Positions 14,401 to 27,360 of a stretch of 64,000 bases of DNA are shown here, in pieces (positions within the stretch are counted from its first letter, which is position 1; each line of letters starts with the position of its first letter). The notes under the pieces were generated by a model. The model was not told where the DNA came from, made no database searches, and was given only the letters and a program-made list of their open reading frames with translations. Position numbers and translations under genes: made by a program. Source of the DNA: Eledone cirrhosa (lineage: Eukaryota). Where the stretch lies: NCBI GenBank assembly GCA_964016885.1, contig OZ024740.1, positions 380,618,001 to 380,682,000 on the forward strand, read 5' to 3'.

Positions 14401-15424
14401 TAGCCGAATCTGCTGGCCTCGCTACGCGAAATAGCAAGATAACGTTGCGCTATGGTCTGCCGCCGATTCCGTTGGGCGCGACCACGTACGCGCCTGGCTA
14501 CCGGCGGGAACACACTGAAGCCTGGGCATCTCAGCCCGCCCAGGGGGCGTGTGCGGAGTCGTTTCGGGGAGACCGAATCGGCAACGATTGGTTGCTCCGC
14601 CCGGGTGCGGTTACTGAGGGTAGCTTTTTAAGTTGTCTTAAATTGCGAACCAATACGTTTCCGACCCGGGAATGCCTTGCGAGAGGTGGTCGCGGACCGA
14701 AGACCGCAGACGCTGTGGGGCGGCTGCAGAAACGATCGCCCACATCAGTGGCCGGTGCCCTCTTCTAAAGAGAAAGTGCTTGGCCAGGCACGACCAGCTA
14801 TGCCGACTGATTGCGGACGAGTGAACATGCCACGGTTGGAGGGTTGGCTGGGAGCCCTTTTATCGTGTGGACAATGTGAGGCTCATACCGGATCTGGTAA
14901 TGAGGAGATGGTGGACGACGGTGATTGTAGACGTCACGGGGAGGTATGAGCAAGGCAGCGCCTTGAATGACGCTGCGGCGGAGAAGATACGAAAGTACCT
15001 TCCATTGACTGCTCTACTTGAAAAGGACACAAGTGGGAGAGTCTTGGTTCATGGCTGCCCCATGGGAGCCTGTGAGGCGTGGTCGAACGCGGCTGATGAG
15101 ACATTGTCTGCTTTAGGGATCGCGGATGACGCGTTTAGGAGGCTTCTATGCCGTCGGGCGATGCTGCTGACGCTAGAGATGCTAGAGTGAGAGCTGGCTG
15201 ATTCCGGCGGGTCAGCTCGCGCGCGGTGTGGGGATCTCTGGGCGCGTTCGCGCGTCCCCCCACCGTGGCTACCTGTCGTCTAATCCCCAATCTTCTGTAT
15301 GAACCCTTGCCGGATCCGGGGTGTGACTGCCTCATTTTTTTTTTGTTGTTGCTTTTAATTGACGTGTTAGGGCTTAGAAACTCTCTTCCTTTCACAAAAT
15401 CTCTTACACAAGATCACAAGATCT
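11425..15424 (+). mobile_element. R2-family (R2-A-type) non-LTR retrotransposon, near full length, frameshifted, not in rDNA
   Basis: ZF CSHC..EHLLRRH, CSKC.., SQHERHRH; Myb WSEEEVSILL..PGKTVKQINSKR; RT GFINADGCSENL, FLDLAKAFDTVPH, GDALSPLLFN, YADD; CRRC..ETIAHISGRCP; RLE PDLV..IVDVT..EKIRKY; GC-rich island in AT-rich DNA. Confidence 0.92.
11786..15190 (+). pseudogene. Disrupted R2-type ORF (ZF x3-Myb-RT-CCHC-RLE)
   Basis: Collinear pieces 11786-12190, 12255-12590, 12599-12862, 12911-13240, 13356-14768, 14867-15190. Confidence 0.9.
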
Positions 15425-15559
15425 CTTACAAGATCTTGTGTATTTCCTTATAGAATAACCCAACATCGAACTTAAACAATGTTTTATTTCCGTGCATTGG
15501 ACGGGCTCTTATGCACGTCAGCGGAAGGCAATCGTCTCTTATCCATGGTGAACAACTTT
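15425..15559 (+). repeat. Right copy of long direct duplication flanking the R2-like element
   Basis: Matches 11282-11424. Confidence 0.9.
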
Positions 15560-16310
15560 AGTATATATATGTTGGCGTAACCACATGCACACTCCTACAT
15601 ACAAAAGAGTCAACGATGTAACAGCCTGATAGATTTTTAAGGGGACCATGGAATAATCAGGCAGTGGTATTTTACTGGTCCGATAAGGGCCCTGAGTGAA
15701 ATCAAAGGAGTAGGTGATGCGTCTAATGAGTCGTCTTATTTAGCAGTTTCAAGTCTGTATCTGAACGGTCTGAATTAACCAGTCAGAATTCATTTTGGAA
15801 AGGCATTTTCTTCAAAATATGTAGTTTAAAGTTAAGTTAATTCTCATAATGATTCTAGGAGAATGTAATATTTTAGGAGGTTTTATTATCAAGCACAGTA
15901 ATAGTCTCTTATCTAAATCAAACCTCGTTATCTTTTCTTTTCTTTAAGATATAAGCACTTTCCAGACTTATTCTCATCATCTGTTTGTACATTCAGTTAT
16001 ATGAATATATGAGCTAATTATCAGAAGTCGGGGAATTTCACGTCTGGGACACTGCCGGCAGCACTTCCAGACAAAAAGGTTGCCCACATTCACATTTGCA
16101 GTTTAGATAATGCTTTAAAGGTTACACGTTTCCAAATATTCTACTGTTTTTTTTGTTTGTTTTTTTAAATATTTACTAGCAGTTAGAGTAGTAATAATAG
16201 GATGAAAGTTTTAATAACCGTGTTATTTATAGTGATAATAGGTCTTTTAATGATAAGTCTTTACTAATAACCACCATCAACTATCATTATATTCATAGCA
16301 TGAATATAAG

Positions 16311-16678
16311 AGGGCGGTGAATTGGCAGTATCGGGAGAGGGTCGGACGCCATGCTTTCCAGCATAGTTACGTCCCTTTACGGTCTGAGTTCAAATCCCGT
16401 CGAGGTTAACTTTGCCTTTCATCCTTACTGGGTCGATAAAATAAAGTACCAGTAATGAACTGGGTAATTGCTGGCCTTATGCCAAAACGTAGAAACAATT
16501 ATATTCATAGCATTGGGCGGCGGATTGGCAGTATCGATAGAGTTACGGCCCTTTACGGTCTTGGTTCAAATCCCGCCGAGGTTTACTTTGCCTTTCATCC
16601 TTACGGGGTCGATAAAATAAAGTACCAGTAATGCACTGGGATAATTGCTGGCCTTGTCCTAAAAGAAGAAACAATTAT
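16311..16678 (+). mobile_element. Two tandem tRNA-derived SINE copies (family A)
   Basis: A-box-like tggcagtatcgg, B-box gagttcaaatccc, body actttgcctttcatccttacggggtcgataaaataaagtaccagt; many copies in window. Confidence 0.8.
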
Positions 16679-16824
16679 ACTCATAGCATTACTGGTGTTG
16701 ATGGTAGTCCCGAAGATAATACTGGCATATAGTTAATTATCCCTTTCATAGCATAAATGGTTTGGCTAGTAACGTAACAGTAATGGTCTCTGGCTTTAGG
16801 AATAACGTTGAAACAAAACCGACA

Positions 16825-17774
16825 TCTATATATATAAAACTGTGGTTGTCTGTCTGTCTCTCGATTTTTGGCACACATCTCCTCTTAGAATCTCTCACGG
16901 AATTGCACCGAAATTGCTAGACTTGTACATTGAGCCCTAGCGAAGACATCGGAAAAAAAAAAATTCAAATTCACCCACCCTATGTGACGAAATCGAATAT
17001 AATGTATCGATTTTTGAGCGTAAGTGATCAGTTATTTCCCTTTGTTCTGTTTACATTGAGCGTCTTATGTAAAAAATTACGCTGGCTTTAACAGTTGTCG
17101 AGCCAGCAAAATATTGACCTGCAAAATTCATCAGTTCGAACACTAAGCTTCCGTTTTGCTTCATTTCCATTTAAAAGCATTTTAAAACAATATTTTTACT
17201 TGAAAACAAGTCTATTTAAAGACTACGTAAAACAAGCAAATATTTCGTCGTTAGGCGTGCAGACAGACAGTCGTGCAGACAGACAGTCGTGCAGAGAGGT
17301 GATATACGCGTGCAGACAGATAGTCGTGCAGAGAGTGATATAGGCGTGCAGACAGACAGTCGTGCAGAGAGGTGATATAGGCGTGCAGACAGACAGTCGT
17401 GCAGAGAGGTGATATAGGCGTGCAGACAGACAGTCGTGCAGAGAGGTGATATAGGCGTGCAGACAGACATAACTGATAATTTGGTTACGCTAATGTTTTT
17501 CTCTGCGTTGCAGTGTTTACATTTTCGATCTTTGTTAATAAATAACCAGTGCAGTTTCTATCCCCAGCATCCTCTTTTGTTATAACATTCGGGTTATCGT
17601 TATGTTTTCTTAACTTCATAAGGCATATTGTTGGTTGAGGGAATATTAATCAAAAACACCACATGCAAGTCTGCACAGTAGACACTACAGTTTTTAAGCC
17701 AAGAAAGAAACTTAACATTGTAACTTTAACACAGCTACTGAGCGACCCCGAGCAACGCCGGGCTTTACTGCTAG
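16825..17774 (+). mobile_element. Non-autonomous Helitron-like element
   Basis: A|TC start, CTAG|T end, subterminal GC hairpin cccgagcaacgccggg; ends resemble 41126-42057. Confidence 0.75.
17252..17468 (+). repeat. 37-bp minisatellite (~5-6 units) inside the Helitron-like element
   Basis: Unit taggcgtgcagacagacagtcgtgcagagaggtgata. Confidence 0.9.
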
Positions 17775-17914
17775 TATACTATAAAACAAAATATAAATGA
17801 CTATGTCTATGCGCGCACGTTTGTGTGTATGTATGTGTATGTGGGAGTGATGAAAGAGAGAGAAAGATAGATAGATAGCTAGAGAGAGAGAGAGGAAAAC
17901 AGATATATATATAT

Positions 17915-18074
17915 ACCGTCTAACCCATGCTAACGTGGAAGATGGACGTTAAACGATGATGATGATATATATATATATAGGGAGAGAGAGAGGGAGAGAG
18001 AGGAAAAAGATATATATAGATATACCCTCTAACCCATGCTAGTGTGGAAGATGGACGTTAAACGATGATGATGA

Positions 18075-18078
<4 letters not shown>
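17915..18078 (+). repeat. Duplicated retroposon 3' tail ending in (GAT)n
   Basis: tctaacccatgcta..gtggaagatggacgttaaacgatgatgat occurs twice. Confidence 0.6.
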
Positions 18079-18168
<90 letters not shown>

Positions 18169-18406
18169 AGAGAGAAAGAGAGAGAATTGTGAATAAAATG
18201 ATCTGGGATACGTCTTGTTAAAAATAACAAATATCAAATATAATAGAAGAAGCTAGAAAAAAAAAAAAATCTGTTGAATCTTTGGAATGTTAGGTGACCG
18301 TCAACCCCAGGTGGGAATGGCAAAGTATTCATTCAGCCGTTAGTAAAAACAGATGAATGAAAGAATGAATGTTTTAGGTATGTAGAAGCAGACAACTATT
18401 TTGAAT

Positions 18407-18510
18407 TCTTCTTCTTCTTCTTCTTCTTCTTCTTCTTCTTCTTCTTCTTCTTCTTCTTCTTCTTCTTCTTCTTCTTCTTCTTCTTCATGTTGTTGTTGTT
18501 GTTGTTGTTG
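18407..18510. repeat. (TTC)n/(TTG)n microsatellite
   Basis: Direct reading. Confidence 0.95.
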
Positions 18511-19265
18511 TTATTATGTAATGATGATATGTTGATCTTGTGAAGAAGAAGGAGATAAATAATAATGTAAACTACCGATCTTATGATGATGGTCGTGATG
18601 ATGATGACGACTAAGACGAAAACGACGACGACGATGACGACGATCATATTGACAATGATGATGATGATGATGAAGCAGATTAGGAGACCGATGATAAGGA
18701 TTATTACGTGTTTAGATCCAATTACAACTCTACAACCCTCCAATCTTTTATAGTCGATAGTTAAACATAACCTGTAATGCATCTCTCCGTTTTCTTGTTT
18801 CTTTTTCACCCAACGTATCGTGAATTTAGATGCCGTTTATTGAGCCACGAACCTTATTTAGATATCTGATTTCGAGGCAAGAGGGAGATTCAATACATTT
18901 GTTCGATATTTTAGAAATAGCAAGCAAATTTTTCTCCCGTCACACTCTATGGTCTTTAAAAGATTCAGTAGTGTACTGTGGAAAAGAAGACGTTTCTGAT
19001 TTAGGCTCAAGGCCAACAATTTTGGGGAATATGATGACTGGAAAGACTTTGATCATAGATTTGTTCTTCTAGGTCCTAACTTAGAGCAAATAACAAAAGT
19101 AAGAATACCAACAACGACTGGCACCTATATACATTTTTAGCTGACAAAATAGCTGACAAAATCCCCACATGTGTTTTTTTCCCCATTTTGTCCCCCCCCC
19201 CCCCACTCCATTTCTTCCTTTTCTCACTCTTTATCTTTATGTTTTATCTTGTATCTCTAACTCTA

Positions 19266-19301
19266 TCTTCTGATGAAGGACTGGTGTCGGAAACGTTAAG
19301 A
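19266..19301 (+). ncRNA. Minimal type I hammerhead ribozyme motif (Penelope/retrozyme type)
   Basis: tctt-CTGATGA-a-ggac-tggt-gtcg-GAAA-cgtt-aaga: stem I tctt/aaga, stem II with one mismatch, palindromic aacgtt in place of stem III. Confidence 0.65.
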
Positions 19302-20478
19302 ATCTTTTCCTGCTATTTCAAGCGTTAAACTAATATATTTCTTCAATGTTCTGTGTCGTTTGCTTTGTTATTTCTGTTTACGTTTTACATACATATTTAT
19401 TTATATATATATATATGTGTGAACGTAGTGAGTGTTTGTTTATTTTTCACTCAACCCAGCCCCCTCCCCCGGACATTGCTGAAATACTCACATAGCTAAT
19501 ACGCCTCTGTGTGTCTATGTAAGTTGGTCAGAAAATTGATAAGGATAAGGATTAAAAGAAACAACTATAAGAAGGAATATGGAAGGATAAAACTAAACAA
19601 AAAAGGACATTAAAAAGGGGGAAATAGAGGAATTACAAAGGAAAAGAAGAGAGAAAGAGAGAAAGAGGAAAAAGAAACGAAACCAAAGAAAGCTAATGTG
19701 TGTAAAAAAAAATATACTTGAATAACAAGTCTGATAGGTTACACAATCTACAATTATCATCTACACAAAAATATATTGCTTGTGTAATGAGTAGTTGTTT
19801 ATTCTTTTCTTTTTACATTTTTTTTACTTTTTTTCTTTCTTTTCTTTCTTTTCTTTCTTTTCTTTCTCTTCTTTCTTTTCTTTCTTTTCTTTCTTTTCTT
19901 TCTTTTCTTTCTTTCTTTCCTTCTTCTTTCTTTCTTCCTTTCTTTTCTTTCTTTTTCTTTCTTTTCTGTCCTTTCTTTCTGCGTCCTTCATCTTTGCTTG
20001 AATTTTTTTTCTTTTGATTCCATTTTAAAAAAGAACAAAATCTCTCTAAAAAAAAACAAGCATTATTTGAAACACATAATCAAAATACAAGCAAAAACAC
20101 TGTCATTAAAAGTAAAAAACCGCTGAGATATGATGGTTTCTTTATAACCTTAGAAGTTCAAAATCGAAAAATACTTTCTTTGTTAAACGTGATTGCTAAT
20201 CATTTGGTATTTTGCATATGAAAAAAAAAATAGTATTTGTAATCTCACTCTGTATTTTTTGTTGTTAGTTACATGTTTTCGAGTAGAGGAATTGTATAAC
20301 CCGTACCTAGTAACGCACATCATGATCCATATAGACTACTGGTGGTCCACGGTGACTCATATCCTATTGTGTTGAATAATGCAATTGAAAGAACATTTAT
20401 ATTTGATGGTCATTGACATTTTCCGTGTGAAATTTGGAAACCATATTCTGAAAACGCTTGTGCCTCATTGATCTAGAC

Positions 20479-20809
20479 CAGCATTTCTCAACCTTTTTAC
20501 CCTCGTGGAACCCTTGAAATAGGTGCATGTCTCAGGGAACCCCTACATAAAAATTATTATATACCATTATTAATATCTATCTCTTATATTGACCTAGTTT
20601 TAAATAATATAAGAGGCTGAAGCCTTTCTTAAAATAAACAAGGATTTTCCGACAATATGCCGTAAATGTATAGTAAAATTACGAATATAAAATTAAACAA
20701 AAATTACTTTTTAAAATACATTAGTTTATTTATCACTGGTTCTCCCTGAACCCCTAGCGACCTCTTGCGGAATCCTAGGGTTCCGGGGAACACCGGTTGA
20801 GAAACGGTG
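20479..20809. mobile_element. hAT (Charlie-like) MITE
   Basis: TIRs cagcatttctcaacc / ggttgagaaacggtg; 8-bp TSD atctagac/atctagaa. Confidence 0.85.
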
Positions 20810-21422
20810 ATCTAGAAAATTAAGAAAATAGCAATAGCATTGGTGACATAGATGAAGTGAAATGGCTTTAAACCAAACTGGGTTAGATGGTAGTTCATCT
20901 GCATTTGCACCTACATTGCGGCTAATGTCAATTTTGTAGAATTGGAGGCTTCGTTTAAGAGATTCTTTCAGTGTTTTATCAGGGAGGGAAGGGCAGGACG
21001 CATAATAATTTTCAGGGCTTACACGACAGCTGGGATGGGGGTAGCGAAGAATGCTTACAACGGAGTGGACACTACTAAAAGCGCCCAAGGATCACAGAGG
21101 GACTTGAATTCAGAACGCAAAGAGACAGAGAAAATACCACAAGGTGTCGCATCATGTTGGCACTTTATTTTATCAACATTGAAAGTATAAAATGCACAAA
21201 AGTTGACCCCCACAAAGATCTGGAACAAATGCCGCAAGGCATTTTGTACTACATACTGACGAGTGCACAATTCTTTTTTTAACCATTTAGTCAGGGAAGG
21301 AAGGGAAATTCTCATGGACCAATTCACTAAATTCTACTAAATGCACCCAAGGGCCAGGTGTTGGTGTTAAACTTACTGGAGTCTAAGACTGTTATCAAGC
21401 GGAACGTACCTGCACGCTCCTC

Positions 21423-21731
<309 letters not shown>

Positions 21732-22055
21732 CGATACACCCTGGTTTAATATGTTGTCATCATAGCTAGTGACATTTTACATGTTACACAATCGTCTTCA
21801 CACAGCTATATGTTATTTCTGACATACTAGGAATCACAATTCAGAAAAGTTTTATCGCCAGATATAAGCTAGTTAGCTTTCATTAGAATGGGTGCGGTAA
21901 GCATGATGGTAGACTCTGCTGTGACTGGATGGCAAAGTGAAAATTGATCCTAAAGATTTAGTTCATGTGTTTCGTAAGATAAGGAACGGGGAGAAAACAA
22001 AAGCTATCCTCCTTCATATAATGAGTTATACACATATACACAAACACACACACAC

Positions 22056-22115
<60 letters not shown>

Positions 22116-22208
22116 GATATATAATTATAATCATACATATATCGCATAAGAAAAATAATTATACTTTAGTAACGACATAAAAGTGGTTATATATATATAT
22201 ATAACACG

Positions 22209-22607
22209 TGAAGGCGTGTGGCTGAGTGGTTAGAGAATTGGATTCGCAATCGTAAGGTTGTGAGTTCGATTCCTGGACCAGGCGATGCGTTATGTCCTTG
22301 AGCAAGACACTTTATTTCACGTTGCTCCTTCTACCTGGAGTTGCGACCGATAGATAGTATTAGCAATTGGAAAGACCAACGGAAACATTGTTCCCTCGGT
22401 CCGAACTTTTAGTGAAGGCGTGTGGCTGAGTGGTTAGAGAATTGGATTCGCAATCGTAAGGTTGTGAGTTCGATTCCTGGACCAGGCGATGCGTTATGTC
22501 CTTGAGCAAGACACTTTATTTCACGTTGCTCCTTCTACCTGGAGTTGCGACCGATAGATAGTATTAGCAATTGGAAAGGCCAACGGAAACATTGTTCCCT
22601 CGGTCCG
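22209..22607 (+). mobile_element. Tandem duplication (~204-bp unit) of a tRNA-derived SINE (family B, CORE/V-like body) plus flank
   Basis: gtggctgagtggtt (A box), gagttcgattcc (B box), tgtccttgagcaagacactt; the two units are nearly identical. Confidence 0.85.
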
Positions 22608-22651
22608 ATTTGACGAAAGTCGATCGTTTCAAAAAAAAAAAAAATATATAT

Positions 22652-23399
22652 ATATATAATCAAGGTTTAGCAAATAAGAAAAAGTTTCAAAATAAATAAA
22701 AAAAAATTCGCTGTACTCACTATGGTTACCTTTACCGAATCGGTTTCGAGTCTCAAAAATAAATGGACAGTTCTTGCGGTCTTCTATTGCAAAGATAAAC
22801 TCTCGTTAGAAGGATCTTTTTACTCGGAGAATATAAAATTCCCGAGTTCAAATTACGAACTGGCGCTATTCAAAATTGTTCCCGTGATGAGAATAAATGA
22901 TGTGGAAGCAATTCCGTCCAGTGCCGTGTGTAAAGATAGAAGCAAAGGCAGGGATGTCAGTCTACTACCACTATAACTAGCAGCAGTAAGAACGACCAAA
23001 TTTGTTCTCGACCAAGAGGAGAATAATAATAAAGTATATATCCCTACACGCAAAAAGCGTCTAGGGACACATGTATTGTCCAACCATATGCCAATGTGGT
23101 TCAATGGCAGGTTAATAAATTAACGAGCCAGAACATATATAATCAAGGTTTAGCAAATAAGAAAAAGTTTCAAAATAAATTTTTAAAAATTCGCTGTACT
23201 CACTATGCTTACCTTTACCGAATCGGTTTCGAGTCTCAAAAATAAATGGACAGTCCTTGCGGTCTTCCATTGCAAAGATAAACTCTCGTCAGAAGGATCT
23301 TTTCACTCGGAGAATATAAAATTCCCGAGTTCAAATTATGAACTGGCGCTATTCAAAATTGTTCCCGAGATGAGAATAAATGATGTGGAGGCAATTCCA
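22652..23399. repeat. ~265-bp direct duplication (22652-22919 / 23134-23399) starting at TA tracts
   Basis: aatcaaggtttagcaaataag...gcaattcc occurs twice with few differences. Confidence 0.85.
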
Positions 23400-23560
23400 T
23401 ATATATATATTGATATTGTTATGCTTTGGGAGGGTCATGTTGCAAATAAGAAACACACACACCAGTTGCTTTCACTCCAATTTATTATAACAAAGCATAA
23501 CAATATCGGTTTCAACACACGTTTTCAGGTAAAGAATCTTGCTAAACAAATTCAGAAACG

Positions 23561-23607
<47 letters not shown>

Positions 23608-23949
23608 TATTCGTATATGGGTTACAATTTATGTACATATTATGTAGAGAGAGATGGGAGAGATAGATACAGATATCGAGAAGGCGAGAGTTTGGAGGTA
23701 ATTGATATAAATTTTTATTTATTTGCCACCAGGGCATCAAAGATTGGGACAAATACAAAGGGGGGAGTTTACATACATTTAAAAAGACGTGTAAAAAACA
23801 TATAACAAATTAAATTTAACAATCGATGTCCTCAATAGGGAGGGGCGTTGACATGGGTCGCACATACCCCGAACAAATGTGCAACCCTCCTCTTCAGGAG
23901 CACAAAGAGCGGGTGCTTCCTTCCTCTTCTCATTCTTCTCCTCTCTCAC

Positions 23950-26900
23950 CTACAGGCTGATATAGAGAGAAGGCCCATTCACTCGGGTTATTCTCGCTAC
24001 TTTCACCCACCTTTCATAAAACTTGCTGGGGTAGAGCACCTCTCTCTCCATTCTGATCCTTCTTCTAAAGTGGTACTTGAAAAAAAAGACCAGTTGTTGG
24101 CCGGAGAGAAAGGTGTCTGACCTCAGCCCTTTCAACCTTGTCCACCATACATCTTCTTTCGCCATAGCAATCACACAGAGGAAAACCGCCTCTCCTTCGT
24201 TTTTGAAAGGGGGAGGCGGTTTGATCGTGATAATGTTCTCGGTGGTCAACCGGATTAGTCCCACCCGCGACAGTAGTCGTTCCACATAGCCCCACAGGTC
24301 AGCAACGCCCGGGCAGTGTACGAATGCGTGTGCGACGGTTTCCTTGTCACGCACGCATCTCGGACAGATCTTCTTCGAGGGGTACCTACCCGGGCGCCCG
24401 TGTCTGTAGAGCTTGTCCCGAACGGGTAGAGCTCCTCGGTAACATTGCCAAGCCAGGGACTTTTGGAAGTTGTCCATCGGTCCCGGGCCAAACGTCCTAC
24501 CGAACAGACTGGCCAGCTCATCTTCCTCCATGCCCAGAGCCTCTCCGAGAGCGTCGTCGCACTTACTGCGCACCAACCCTCTATAGAAAGTTGAGGTTGA
24601 GTCTCCACTGATTGCCAGATCCGCTTGCCAGAGGGCCGTGAGCGCCTGGGCACATTCAATGTGCCAGTCGCCCACTTTTCTCGGTCTTTGCTTGACCCAG
24701 GATTGCAGCTCGTCGGTGAGTGAGACGAGTCTCGGAAAGGCTCGCCTCACAAACAGGGCCCACACCGGCTGACCGGTGAGGAATACCTGGAGGTGCCGTA
24801 GCCTTAATGCGTGTCTACGCATCGTCAGCCACGGCATCCCCAGCCTTCCGTTCGAAGGGTGTTGACAGCAGATGGATCTTCTCACCAAAGGAGCCCGCTT
24901 CTTCCAAATAAATCGGAAGAGCGCGCGCTCCATTTTGGCGAGTGTTTTCTCTGGGCAAGGCACGACGGTCAAGCGGTAGTAGATGACGGACGCTATATAA
25001 GCGTTCGCCACCTCCGCTCGACCTTTCAGGGATAGTTTGCACTCGGCCCACTTCTGGGCGAGTGCAAACACCTTGCCCGTTACCTCGTCCCAGTTTTCTC
25101 CACCTGGAGGTCCGGTCCGAACCAGACCCCGAGCAGCTTCACCGGTCCCTCCGTCCAGCGTCCGACGATGCCGTCGGAGGGCATCGTTTTGCCTCTCCAC
25201 GTCCCGAGTTGCAAACCGACGGACTTGTCCCGGTTCAGCTTGGCTCCTGTGAACCTTTCATATTCCTCCTGTAAGGTGCCGATCGGCCCGATTTCCGAGG
25301 CGCACGACACCATTACTGTCACGTCATCGGCGTAGGCCGACACCGTTTTCCGCAATCCCGGTTCCAAGGGGATGCCCTGCAACAGCTCCAGCTTCCGAAG
25401 TAGTGGCTCGGGAGCCAGCACATACAGGAGAGAGGAGAGAGGGCATCCCTGTCGGATGGATCGCGTGATTTGGAACGGCTCCGAGAGGTAGCCGTTCACC
25501 TTGACCCTCGAGCAGGTGTTGCTGCTGTGCATTGCAGCAATCCAGCCCCTGAAAACGGCTCCGAAGCCTGCCGCCGCGAGCACCGCATCCAGGTACCGAT
25601 GGTCAACCCTATCGAACGCCAAGTTGATCAGGGCCCCACCAAAGCCGGGTTCGTTCCCTACCCTCTCTACGATGTATCGCATGAGGTGGAGGTTGTCGTA
25701 TATGGACCTGGACTGGATTGCGCATGTCTGCGCTTCTCCCACCAAGTTCCCGACGACAAGCGCCAACCTCTTCGCTAACACCTTGGCCAAAATCTTTAAC
25801 TCTGTGTTTAGCAGAGTTATGGGCCTGAAGTTATCTATGTCATCCCCTTTGTTCTCGTCCTTCCTCACCAGCGTGACTACGCCCTTGGTCACAGAACTGG
25901 AAATTCTCCCGTTCTGTTGCCAGTTGCAGTAGACTGCCTCGAGGAGACCGGAGAAGAAGCCCGGCATCGCTACATAAAGTTCGTATGGTAGACCATCGAG
26001 ACCCGGAGATTTACGTTTGCCGCATTGGCTCAGCGCTTCCCCTATTTCAGCGGCTGAAATCGGCCTCTCGCAGGACTTCGCCTCCCCGTCCGAGAGCCGC
26101 GCCAGACCGTCGAGGTATGGACCGAAATCCATGGCCCCACCCGGCCCGCCGCCCCTCCCGAACAGTCGTGCAAAGCGCCGTTGAAAGGCCGCGCTCATCC
26201 GCTTAGGTTAAAGGGTCACGCGTCCATCCTGGTCCTTCAAAGACCGAATCGTGGACTTGTTTCCACTTTTTGCCTCTGTCACTCGGGCCCAGCTAACGGC
26301 TTTGGCTCCCTCGTTACCCAGAGCACGTATTTTACTCCTGACAACGCAGCCCTCGTGCTTCGCATCAAAGAACTGGTCTAGGGCCGTTCTTGACGCTAGC
26401 ACGCCGGCCACGTTGACACTCCTAATCGCCTCTTCTACTCTATTTGTTAATTCCCTTTCAGTTCTATTCCTATCTGATGCTAATTTCCGACTAAAACCTA
26501 TCGATTCTATTCTAATTTCTCTCTTGAGAGAGCCCCACCACCTGCTGTTGACAATTTCCTCCGTCAAACGCTGCTTAACTAGTGTGCTAATCCGCTTACT
26601 GTAAGCTTTTTTTGTCGGTAAAGACAAGTTTAGCTTCCAGTAACCGGGTCCCTGTCTATGAGTTCTATCAGGGTTGACCACTCCGGTCACCAACTTGTGA
26701 TCCGAATAGTCAACCATGAACATTCGTGGACAGCTTAATATGTCCCTATGCTTATTTCTAACTAGGAACCTATCTAGGTACGACCTAGATGTTCCGCTAC
26801 GATTAGTCCACGTCCACAGTGGCACAGTCGGAAAATCTAGTCGATATCTATCGGCCAGATCAAATCGGCCAATTAATCGTTTGAGGCTGTTACACCCCCT

Positions 26901-27360
26901 CTATCGGGACATAGTCCCAACGTGCATCCAGGATACCATTCCAGTCCCCCACTAAAAGCAAGGAGCGAGACGTTCCCAGGAAATTCTCCAGGCGTCGGAA
27001 GAAGTCCGGTCGCGGTGTCCCAGATGGGGCATACGCTACCACCAGCCTGAAAGCTCCACCTTCACCACTGCCGACGTCTAAAACCACCAGTCGACCCTCC
27101 GGGTCCAGGTGTACCATCTGTGTGGCAAGACCCAGGTATTTTCGCAGCAGAACGACAACCCCACCCCTCGGCTGTCAGAGAGATGCGTAGATCTCAAAGT
27201 CGTCGAAGATGGGGGCCAGTTGGCGCTCGCTGCTGATCCTGGACTCGCAAATAACCATTACATCCTCTCTGTGCGACCTGAGGTCATTTAAGAGTTTGTC
27301 CTGTTTCCAGGACATCCCCAGGCCGCGTGCATTCACACATCCAACTCTTATATTGGCCAT
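23950..27360 (-). pseudogene. ORF2 (APE endonuclease-RT-Zn knuckle), disrupted
   Basis: Pieces 27175-27360, 26890-27117, 26208-26825, 25080-26198, 23950-25200. Confidence 0.92.

Noticed and set aside
11282-15559. Reading the flanking direct repeats as LTRs
   Set aside because: No TG..CA ends, PBS or PPT, and the protein is a non-LTR RLE type.
22212-22285. tRNA gene
   Set aside because: A/B boxes present but no convincing cloverleaf; it is a SINE head.
22722-23400. Duplicated ORFs MVTFTESV../MLTFTESV.. as a gene pair
   Set aside because: Explained by a local DNA duplication; no recognisable domain or splice structure.
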